The notes under the pieces: generated by a model
Told to the model about the DNA's origin: nothing
Databases searched by the model: none
The model's input: only the letters and a program-made list of their open reading frames with translations
Assembly: GCA_017395245.1 (NCBI GenBank)
Contig: JAFPVR010000114.1
Span: 645-64,644 of the forward strand
DNA length: 64,000 bases
Source: Bacteroidales bacterium
GTDB lineage: Bacteria > Bacteroidota > Bacteroidia > Bacteroidales > WCHB1-69
Direction: 5' to 3'
In this document: positions 7,966 through 15,478 of the stretch, in pieces
Layout of the letters: the number at the start of each line of letters is the position of its first letter
How positions within the stretch are numbered: position 1 is the stretch's first letter
Program-made: the position numbers and the translations under genes

Positions 7966-10308
7966 CTATTCCTTCTTCAGCGCCTCAGCAGGGTTAGCCC
8001 TCGCAATTCTGACACTACTCATAACGACTACAATTGCTACGATGAGAAGAACCACGGTTGCGCCAAAGATGAAATACAACGGCGAGAGGCTGATGCGCTC
8101 GGCAAATTGTTCAAGCCATTTGTCGGCAACAAAATAGGCGAAAACACACGCAAAAATCGACATAATAAGAGATAACTTCAACACACCCCAAGCAAAAATG
8201 CTTAGCACATCTCTCTCTGTAGCACCGTTAATTTTGCGGATGGCCATTTCTTTGCTCCGACGACTCGACTCATCGCGTATGAAACCGATGAGACCCAACA
8301 TGGCAATCATCAATGCAAAAATGGAACCGATGAAAACGGTGTTGCGCATCTTGCGACTATCTTCGTATGCCGAATGCATTTCGTCTGCATATACTTTCAG
8401 CTGTACATCTTTTCCATCAAGGGCCTTAGAAATGGTTTCCTTCAGTTTCCCCATCGTGGTTTCATCCATTTTATTCACTTTGAAAACCAGATGCGGCATA
8501 TAAGACTCTCCGTCCTCCAAACTGCCGTAGAAACGCACGCTCGGTCGGGTATCCATATCCAAGAGGCTACCCAAGCGATAGTCGCGGTAAACACCCGTAA
8601 TAGTGAACGATTTAAGATTTGTCAAAGAGTTTTCGTGTCCAGTAATCATAATCTGTTTCCCCACCGCTCCATCGCTCCAGTCCGTGAAGTCATTCATTCG
8701 TTTCACGAAACTCTCGCTCACCACCACTTCATTGGAATCGGCCGGTGCGCGACCGTCAACAAACTCCATTCCGAAAAGAGCATAGAATTGCGCTGTGGCC
8801 TCGTACTGGTCGGCCACGTTGAACAATTCACGATCGTCGCCGGGAAGATATATGTTGTCGCCATTCGACCAAATGTAAGGAAGACCATAGCTTGCTGCAA
8901 TGTGTGTCACTTCAGAAAGTTGGCCAAGAGCATTCACCACACGTTGTTGAGCCTCTTGATTCCCGTCGTACATATCCACAAATAGTACATTCTCATAATT
9001 GTAGCCCGGGTCGTCGTTCATCATTTTATGATATTGCGAAGCGATGACCATCAGCATCGAAACGACAAATACATTGATAAACACCTGAACGCCAAGCAGT
9101 CCTATTTTCCATCGCCGCGAGTTTTCCGTATAATTGCGGAAGGCCACCGAAACGGGAATGCGCATGTAAAGCTGCGCAGGAACGAAAACGGAAACGAACA
9201 GCACAAGCAACAGCACAGCCACAATAGTCCAAATGCTTTGGGGAACAAGTAATGTCCCAAATGGCACACCCAACAAGTTCTGTATCAATCCTTTTGTGGC
9301 AAAAATAATGACAGCTGCCAAAACGAGTGCCGACAACAGATGTACAATCGACTCCCGAGCTAGTAAACCATAAATACTGAAAGCGTTCGCTCCATAGCAC
9401 TTTCGTACCCCAATTTCTTTGGCACGATGCACCATAGACGAAATTGTGATCAGGATATAATTGAGTAAGCTGATGACAATCAGCATTGTTGCAATAACGG
9501 AAAGCAAAATCACCATTGAATGCACCGAAGACTCCTTGAGGTGGGTTTTACCAAATGGTGCAAGATAATACCACAGCTTCATGCCGTTCTTCTCAAACTC
9601 CTCCAATGGCTGATGAGCCTCCTGCATCCTACGGATGGCATCATTGAGCGATTGGGGATCAACACCTTGTTGCAATTTCACAAATCCCACATAGCGGTCG
9701 TTACCGACCCAGTTCTCCGTGCTGCTTTTTGAATAACTCTCCATCGACAGCAACATGTCGGCATCTATGGAACCATTTTTAGGAAAATCCTTGAATACGC
9801 CCTCAATAGTCATTTTCAACAAAGGAACATCCTCGTTGTAGATGATTTTGCCCATACATTCCTCCACGCCGCCCATTTTTTTTGCAAACGACTCCGACAC
9901 CATCAGACACAGCGGCTCAGACAGCACTTTCTCCGGATTGCCAGCCAGAATGGGACGGTCAAAAACGCGGAAGAAGCATGAATCGGCCAAACGGAGATTT
10001 CCGGTGATGACATTGCCGGCCTCGTCCAAATAACGGTCACTATTGAAATAGAAGGTCATTCGAGTGGCTTCTTCCACTCCCGGCACCTCTGCCTTGAATC
10101 CAAATGCCACCGCTCCACTCACCTGAGGGAAATCTTTGGATTCGCCCTGTAGTTCGTAACCAGAACGGATGCAATATATACGGTCCACATCTTTATAGAA
10201 ACTGTCGTACGACAACTCGAAACACACCTTGGCAATCAGCACAATGCCAATAGCGAGTCCCACCCCGAGGGAGAGTATCTGGATTAGGAGATTACTTTTT
10301 CGATACAT
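7966..10308 (-). CDS. ABC transporter permease, FtsX/MacB-like
   Basis: ORF 7966..10434. Start moved to ATG 10308 (MYRKSNLLIQILSLGVGLAIGIVLIAK...), because the upstream extension translates a hairpin repeat. Ends ARANPAEALKKE. Confidence 0.85.
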   Translation of the reverse strand: MYRKSNLLIQILSLGVGLAIGIVLIAKVCFELSYDSFYKDVDRIYCIRSGYELQGESKDFPQVSGAVAFGFKAEVPGVEEATRMTFYFNSDRYLDEAGNVITGNLRLADSCFFRVFDRPILAGNPEKVLSEPLCLMVSESFAKKMGGVEECMGKIIYNEDVPLLKMTIEGVFKDFPKNGSIDADMLLSMESYSKSSTENWVGNDRYVGFVKLQQGVDPQSLNDAIRRMQEAHQPLEEFEKNGMKLWYYLAPFGKTHLKESSVHSMVILLSVIATMLIVISLLNYILITISSMVHRAKEIGVRKCYGANAFSIYGLLARESIVHLLSALVLAAVIIFATKGLIQNLLGVPFGTLLVPQSIWTIVAVLLLVLFVSVFVPAQLYMRIPVSVAFRNYTENSRRWKIGLLGVQVFINVFVVSMLMVIASQYHKMMNDDPGYNYENVLFVDMYDGNQEAQQRVVNALGQLSEVTHIAASYGLPYIWSNGDNIYLPGDDRELFNVADQYEATAQFYALFGMEFVDGRAPADSNEVVVSESFVKRMNDFTDWSDGAVGKQIMITGHENSLTNLKSFTITGVYRDYRLGSLLDMDTRPSVRFYGSLEDGESYMPHLVFKVNKMDETTMGKLKETISKALDGKDVQLKVYADEMHSAYEDSRKMRNTVFIGSIFALMIAMLGLIGFIRDESSRRSKEMAIRKINGATERDVLSIFAWGVLKLSLIMSIFACVFAYFVADKWLEQFAERISLSPLYFIFGATVVLLIVAIVVVMSSVRIARANPAEALKKE

Positions 10309-10335
10309 ATAATTGATGTTTGGTTTCTGCAATTT

Positions 10336-10364
10336 AAGGTGGGTCTGTAGAGACGCGCATGGTG
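10336..10364 (-). repeat. GTAGAGACGC-family hairpin
   Basis: TGTAGAGACGC-gcatggt-GCGTCTCTACA, an 11-bp stem. Lies between the ABC ATPase stop (10415) and the FtsX start (10308). No U-tract. Confidence 0.6.
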
Positions 10365-10414
10365 CGTCTCTACAAAATCCCTTCAATATGTTATTAACCA
10401 AATTTAATATGGCA

Positions 10415-11095
10415 TCACAGTTCCGGCAGCACATCCTCCACGATGTGGCCGTCGAAGAGGTTGATGATGCGGTCGGCGTAGCCCGCGTCGCGCTGCGAGT
10501 GGGTGACCATCACGATGGTGGTGCCCTCCTTGTGGAGCTCGGTGAGCAGGTCCATCACCTCCTTGCCGTTCTTGGAGTCGAGGTTGCCGGTGGGTTCGTC
10601 GGCGAGGATGAGCTTGGGGTTGGCGACCACGGCGCGGGCGATGGCCACACGCTGCTGCTGTCCGCCCGACAACTGCTGCGGGAAGTGCTTGGCCCGGTGG
10701 GTGATGGCCATCCGCTTCATCATCGCCGTGACCCGCTCCTTGCGCTCCGACGCGCTGATGTTCAGGTAGCGCAGCGGCAGCTCGATGTTCTCATAGACGT
10801 TCAGCTCGTCGATGAGGTTGAAGCTCTGGAACACGAAGCCGATGTTGCCTTTGCGGAACTTGGTGCGCTCCTTCTCCTTCAGGCTGCCGACCTGCTGGCC
10901 GAGCAGCTCGTAGGTGCCCTCGGTGGGGTTGTCCAGGAGGCCGAGGATGTTGAGCAGCGTGGATTTGCCGCAGCCCGACGGCCCCATGACGGCGACGAAC
11001 TCGCCGTCGTTGATGGTGAATGACACCCCGTCCAACGCGAGGGTCTCGATGTCTTCCGTGCGGAAGATTTTGGTGAGGTTTTGTACTTTGATCAT
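10415..11095 (-). CDS. ABC transporter ATP-binding protein (MacB/LolD-type)
   Basis: 226 aa. Walker A GPSGCGKST, ABC signature LSGGQQQRVAIARA, Walker B LILADEPTGNLD. Confidence 0.9.
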   Translation of the reverse strand: MIKVQNLTKIFRTEDIETLALDGVSFTINDGEFVAVMGPSGCGKSTLLNILGLLDNPTEGTYELLGQQVGSLKEKERTKFRKGNIGFVFQSFNLIDELNVYENIELPLRYLNISASERKERVTAMMKRMAITHRAKHFPQQLSGGQQQRVAIARAVVANPKLILADEPTGNLDSKNGKEVMDLLTELHKEGTTIVMVTHSQRDAGYADRIINLFDGHIVEDVLPEL

Positions 11096-11123
11096 AATAT
11101 AAGGTATTTTGATGTTTCTATAC

Positions 11124-11215
11124 GCCCCACATTACGCTCCTCCGTCGCTCATGTGGGGTTATTAGCACTTCGTGCGTTTTGTCCCTCCGGGACTGCTCAA
11201 GGAAGTGGTTATTAT
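11124..11215 (-). repeat. structured 5'-leader repeat L2
   Basis: All three stems are changed by compensatory pairs (CCCCACAT/ATGTGGGG, GCAC/GTGC, GTCCC/GGGAC). 29 nt before ATG 11095. Confidence 0.8.
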
Positions 11216-11234
11216 ATTGGGGTTTTACGTTCAT

Positions 11235-11283
11235 AAATCTCAAGTCTTAAATCTCAAGTCTTAAGTCTCAAATCTCACGTCTC
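11235..11283 (-). repeat. 7-nt tandem array (7 units; gene-sense GAGAyKT/AAGACTT) overlapping the FtsX stop codon
   Basis: Plus strand: aaatctc aagtctt aaatctc aagtctt aagtctc aaatctc acgtctc. The stop tca is at 11282-11284. Confidence 0.85.
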
Positions 11284-13630
11284 AATTCGCTTTCAGCGCC
11301 CTCGCGGGGTTGGTCTTCGCTGCTCGTAACGTCTGCCATAACACCGAGAGGAAGGCCAGCAACAGGGTGACCACAACCGCCACGACAATGATCCAGCCGT
11401 AATGTTCGATTCGGTAGGCGAAACGTTCCAAGTATTTGCCGCTAAGCCAAACCGCAATGGGAGCTCCGATGATGGCGGCGATTCCGACGAGCATCATATA
11501 ACTCTTCACCGTGCGCAGCAACTCGCGGTTGACATCGCTGCCGAAGACCTTGCGGACGGCAATACTGTGGCTTCCTTCATCGCAATAGTAGGTGCTCATG
11601 GCGACGAGGCCGAGCAGCGACAGCAACACCGACAAGCCCATGAAAATCTCCAACAGCCGCACGGTGCGCTTGGCTGGCTCCAACGACTTAAGATTCAGGT
11701 CGTCCACATAACCGCAATCGTCCTGTCCCGCAAAGGGTTCCCCATCCTTTTCCGCCCACTGCTGGCACTGTTTCAGGATAATCTTCCGAGCCTCCGAATG
11801 GTCGCCGATGGTTCTGACAAATAGATCGCTTGCCCATGTCAACTTCCGGGTTTCCTGTACCAGTACACCCACGTTCTGGTTGCTTAAGCCATCCGGAGAG
11901 GCCGCGCTCTCCCCCGGGAAATCTTTAAGCATTCCGCCGATGTAGTCGGCATCCTGATTCATCATGATTGCAAGTTTTTTCGGCATGGTAACGGAAGTGT
12001 CAGAAGCCCCGCTTTTGGCAAAGGCGTGTTCACCAAGCCAGAGCGAGTTGGCGAGTGGATGGCCGAAATCTTCCACCACTTCGAAACCTAACATGCGAAA
12101 ATAAGCGCTGTCACCGATGAGCAACTTCAAGATAAAATCTTCCTCGTCCAAACGTATGCCGACAGAATAAGCCGCGCTTCCGGGAAATCCTCGCCCTATG
12201 CCAACCTCTTTGACACAAGGCAGTTGCGCTATTTCATCGGCTAAAGTAGCCAAATGAGGCACAGAATACCAGATGCCGCTGATGTAAAACAAGTCTTTCG
12301 TGTTCGCATGGGTGGGACGCCTGATCATGTGCCACATCTGAACCTCCATCACGATGGCAATGGCTATCAGTATAACAGACAGGACGTTCTGGAAGACGAT
12401 GAAGATTTTGTTGAGCCACATCTTGCTGTGATGGCGAAATGTACCCCGCACCACATCAATGGGTTCGTAATACGATGCATACAGTGCGGGTAACCATCCC
12501 GAGAGTGTTCCCATCAGCAAGATTCCGCTCAGATACGCGACTATATAAGTCGGTTTCGTCATCAACTGCAATTGAATGTCGCTTTCCGGTGTTGCACTGG
12601 CCAACAGCCAGTTCATCACGGGAACAAGGGCGTGAGCCAACAAAAAGGCAAAACCGAAACATACTGCCGTGAACAACACAGATTCGATAATAAGTTTGCC
12701 CATGACGGAGAGTTTCTGTGCCCCCAAAAGCCTGCGGGTAGCCATCTCCTTGGCGCGTTTACCCACCAAAGCCATATTGAGGTTGACGTAGTTGATGAGT
12801 GCCGACAGAAGGAGAAGGAACACCACCGCCGACAATATCCGTATGCTGCTGAGGTTGCCGCTGCGTAATACATAATCGTTCTCAGTGCGGAAGAACATCT
12901 CCTTGAAACTGAATATTTTAAGTTCTTTATTTATCCACGATCCATAGTTTTGACGGCATACTTCAAGTATTTGTGCCTTGAAATCTTCTTCGTTGGTGTT
13001 TTCCATCCTGCGAATAAAGGTCTTCGTGCCGTCCACGCTGTGGAAAGGTTCGCGCCCAGCCCACCATTTCTCATTCACCGGAATCAATACATCAATGTGG
13101 GCAACCAAGGTGTTTTCCGGACCATCCATAATGCCGCAAATGATGTATTCCTCATCCTCTCCTTCTATGACGAAACGTTGTCCTATAAGGTCGCCCTTTT
13201 TCTCCAGACTGTTCGCGAAACTCCGGCTGACAATGGCGTTATGGGTGCCGTCGAACGGGATGGCTGTGCCCTCCACAAGGCTAAACTGGGGAAAGATCTT
13301 GAAGAACTCCGCATCCACCTGACGAACTTCCGCTTCATAGTTTTTTTTGTGGTAAGAAATCTCGTCGGTGGCATAGCCAAAGCGAGCTATAGCCTCGATT
13401 CCAGGCACCTGCGCTTCGATGGAGGACTTATCCCACACTGAAAGTCCCAAGTTGGAGGTGGTGCCGAGGCCGTAAATGCGGTCATGGCCAGGTTGCTGAT
13501 ACACGACGGCCAGATGTTGGGCCACGTAACTGCCGATTAGGATGACGAAGGCGAGGCTCACGACGAGCCCCACCGCTTCGACGGCGGTGTAGAGTTTGTT
13601 GCGACTGAGGAATTTGAGGTAGCTCTTCAT
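11282..13630 (-). CDS. ABC transporter permease, FtsX/MacB-like
   Basis: ORF 11282..13651. Start moved to ATG 13630 (MKSYLKFLSRNKLYTAVEAVGLVVSLAF...). Same architecture as 4672..7065. Confidence 0.85.
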   Translation of the reverse strand: MKSYLKFLSRNKLYTAVEAVGLVVSLAFVILIGSYVAQHLAVVYQQPGHDRIYGLGTTSNLGLSVWDKSSIEAQVPGIEAIARFGYATDEISYHKKNYEAEVRQVDAEFFKIFPQFSLVEGTAIPFDGTHNAIVSRSFANSLEKKGDLIGQRFVIEGEDEEYIICGIMDGPENTLVAHIDVLIPVNEKWWAGREPFHSVDGTKTFIRRMENTNEEDFKAQILEVCRQNYGSWINKELKIFSFKEMFFRTENDYVLRSGNLSSIRILSAVVFLLLLSALINYVNLNMALVGKRAKEMATRRLLGAQKLSVMGKLIIESVLFTAVCFGFAFLLAHALVPVMNWLLASATPESDIQLQLMTKPTYIVAYLSGILLMGTLSGWLPALYASYYEPIDVVRGTFRHHSKMWLNKIFIVFQNVLSVILIAIAIVMEVQMWHMIRRPTHANTKDLFYISGIWYSVPHLATLADEIAQLPCVKEVGIGRGFPGSAAYSVGIRLDEEDFILKLLIGDSAYFRMLGFEVVEDFGHPLANSLWLGEHAFAKSGASDTSVTMPKKLAIMMNQDADYIGGMLKDFPGESAASPDGLSNQNVGVLVQETRKLTWASDLFVRTIGDHSEARKIILKQCQQWAEKDGEPFAGQDDCGYVDDLNLKSLEPAKRTVRLLEIFMGLSVLLSLLGLVAMSTYYCDEGSHSIAVRKVFGSDVNRELLRTVKSYMMLVGIAAIIGAPIAVWLSGKYLERFAYRIEHYGWIIVVAVVVTLLLAFLSVLWQTLRAAKTNPARALKAN

Positions 13631-13644
13631 ATATTTTTGTTTTA

Positions 13645-13718
13645 GCCCCACACTGCGCTTCGCTTGTATGGGGTTATTAGCGCTTCGCGCGTCTTGCCTC
13701 TCCGAGGCTGCTTAAGGA
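13645..13718 (-). repeat. structured 5'-leader repeat L3
   Basis: 15 nt before ATG 13630. The single stem change gives a U-G wobble in gene-sense RNA and a C-A mismatch in antisense. Confidence 0.8.
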
Positions 13719-13767
13719 TTTATTTTTTTTATAAACATCCATACATCGTTCTTCATCATTCTCATAC

Positions 13768-13783
13768 ATCATTTTCCGTGCCA
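13768..13783 (-). promoter_or_regulatory. TGGCAC box, weak sigma-54 -24/-12-like (TGGCACGGAAAATGAT)
   Basis: 52 nt downstream of dyad pair A. The -12 position reads TGA. Followed by leader repeat L3 and ATG 13630. Confidence 0.3.
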
Positions 13784-13834
13784 AAAACATAAACCATTGG
13801 TTGTCAATTCTCTAAACATCTAACAAAAGGGCCG

Positions 13835-13875
13835 CTGTAAAGATTTCTTACAGCAGGTGTAAGGTTTCTTTACAG
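13835..13875 (-). promoter_or_regulatory. paired dyads TGTAA-N7-TTACA x2 (site A)
   Basis: Gene-sense sequence is CTGTAAAGAAACCTTACAC-CTGC-TGTAAGAAATCTTTACAG. Confidence 0.5.
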
Positions 13876-13920
13876 GTATCACCATTTTATTAAAGGTCAT
13901 CATTGAAACTTTCATAATGG

Positions 13921-13937
13921 CAAAAATACTATTTTTG
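13921..13937. promoter_or_regulatory. back-to-back -7 boxes (CAAAAATA-C-TATTTTTG), one per strand
   Basis: Near-palindrome giving TATTTTTG on both strands. The minus copy faces FtsX 13630. The plus copy faces the candidate sRNA region. Confidence 0.4.
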
Positions 13938-14077
13938 GGACTTGCCATTGCCCCTTTGCAAAACAACTTCCTTGGCGCAATCCCATAAAGAAACAAAGAT
14001 TACGCCAGAATTCTACCACAAGGTTGGCGCAATCTCATATTTACGAAAACCAAAGCGTTGTCCATAACCAACAGTTT

Positions 14078-14120
14078 ATACACAAAAGTGTTGCCTATAG
14101 ACAACACTTTTGTGTATTTT
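14078..14120 (+). terminator. plus-strand intrinsic terminator-like hairpin
   Basis: 16-bp stem atACACAAAAGTGTTG-cctataga-CAACACTTTTGTGTat followed by TTTCG. The T-run is on the plus-strand side only. Confidence 0.5.
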
Positions 14121-14156
14121 CGAATTCTATTCTAAAAAAGCATATACTATCCCCAT

Positions 14157-14198
14157 CATTCATAATTCATAATTCATAATTCTTAATTCTTAATTTCC
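14157..14198 (-). repeat. 7-nt tandem array (6 units; gene-sense AAGAATT/ATGAATT) overlapping the HlyD stop
   Basis: Plus strand: cattcat aattcat aattcat aattctt aattctt aatttcc. Stop at 14183-14185. Confidence 0.85.
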
Positions 14199-15445
14199 AA
14201 CACTTCCGCCTCCCCATACCCGTCATACGACGACGTAATCACCCTCTCGCCCGGCTCCAGTCCTTCCAAAACCTCGTAGTACTGCGGATTCTGGCGACCG
14301 ATGCGTATCTCTCGCTTCACGGCACGTTTGCCGTCGGGGGAGACCACGTATATCCACTTGCCGCCGGTCTTTTGGTAGAAGGCGCCGCGCGGGATGAGCA
14401 CCGCCTCCACCGGCTGACCGAGCTGCAGGTTCAGGTAGAACGTCTGACCGTTGCGGATATTTTCCGGCTGACCGTCCGCAAATTTGAAGTCGGCCTTGAA
14501 CTTGCCGTCACGAACCTCGGGATAGACCTTGCGTATCAGCACGTTGCACTTGTCGCCCTGCCGCTCGAAGTCGGCCTCCAACCCTGCCGTCACCCGGTCG
14601 ATGTAGTGCTCGTCAATCAGGGCCTCGATCTTGTAGTTGTCCTGATTGTTAATCTGTCCGACCTTACTGCCCATCGCGACAGACTGTCCGAGCACCACAT
14701 CCACCAGGCCAAGTTCCCCGTCAATCGGAGCCTTGATGGTGAGATTGTCTTTACGCTGCCTAATCATCTGCATGTTGAGTTTCATGTTCTCCAAACTTTC
14801 GTGCATCTGCCGGATCTCCACCGAACGGTAGAGGCTGTCTTGCTTGGCGCGGTTCTCCACCAGCGTGAGGCGGTCTTTGGCCAACTGGTAGTCCTCCTCG
14901 GCCTGCAGAAAAGCCTCTCGGGCTATGAGGTTGTCGTCGTACAGCGACTTCTGCGCCTCGTAGGTGCGTTTCTTGCGGCGCACCTCCATCTGCAGCTGCA
15001 ACTTTTCCTGCTGCAGGGTCAGCTTCTGCTGCTCCATCTGGATCATCGTGTTGCGGAGGATGTTCTCCTTTTCGGCCAGGTCGGCTTCAGCATTGAGAAT
15101 CTGCATATCAAGACTTTCGTTGCTGAGTATCAGGATGATGTCGCCCTCACGGACGTGTGCGCCCTCCTCCGCGACGATTTCCTTCACTACCCCACCCTCC
15201 AACGGGCTAAGCTGCACGGTGGTCATCGGCACCACGCGCCCGCTCACGCGGATGTAGTCGTTGAACTCGCCCCGCCGCACCTCGCTGACGGTGATGGCTT
15301 CTCCGCCCACACGCAACTTCCTGGCGTCATCGCGCAGTGCCAGCCACCCGATGAAGACGAGCAGCAGTGCCCCGCCCCAGTAGGGCAACGCCTTGCGGGT
15401 GAAGAGTTTCCGGAATCCTTTTTTTTGCTCTATCGCTCTATCCAT
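14183..15445 (-). CDS. HlyD-family / efflux periplasmic adaptor subunit
   Basis: 420 aa with an N-terminal TM anchor, a long coiled-coil (QQEKLQLQMEVRRKKRTYEAQ...) and beta-barrel/lipoyl-like flanks. Located between the TolC-like and ABC genes. Confidence 0.85.
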   Translation of the reverse strand: MDRAIEQKKGFRKLFTRKALPYWGGALLLVFIGWLALRDDARKLRVGGEAITVSEVRRGEFNDYIRVSGRVVPMTTVQLSPLEGGVVKEIVAEEGAHVREGDIILILSNESLDMQILNAEADLAEKENILRNTMIQMEQQKLTLQQEKLQLQMEVRRKKRTYEAQKSLYDDNLIAREAFLQAEEDYQLAKDRLTLVENRAKQDSLYRSVEIRQMHESLENMKLNMQMIRQRKDNLTIKAPIDGELGLVDVVLGQSVAMGSKVGQINNQDNYKIEALIDEHYIDRVTAGLEADFERQGDKCNVLIRKVYPEVRDGKFKADFKFADGQPENIRNGQTFYLNLQLGQPVEAVLIPRGAFYQKTGGKWIYVVSPDGKRAVKREIRIGRQNPQYYEVLEGLEPGERVITSSYDGYGEAEVLEIKN

Positions 15446-15450
15446 TTAAT

Positions 15451-15478
15451 GGTTATTGGTTATGGGTTATAGGTTATT
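15451..15478 (-). repeat. 7-nt tandem array (4 units; gene-sense NATAACC) spanning the TolC stop and ending 5 nt before the HlyD ATG
   Basis: Plus strand: ggttatt ggttatg ggttata ggttatt. Confidence 0.85.

Noticed and set aside
13768-13783. Calling all three TGGCAY boxes confident sigma-54 promoters
   Set aside because: Only the tolC copy has the GG-N10-GC spacing with GC at -12. The other two have TGA and TGT at -12. They are kept as a hypothesis in the findings and not asserted as fact.
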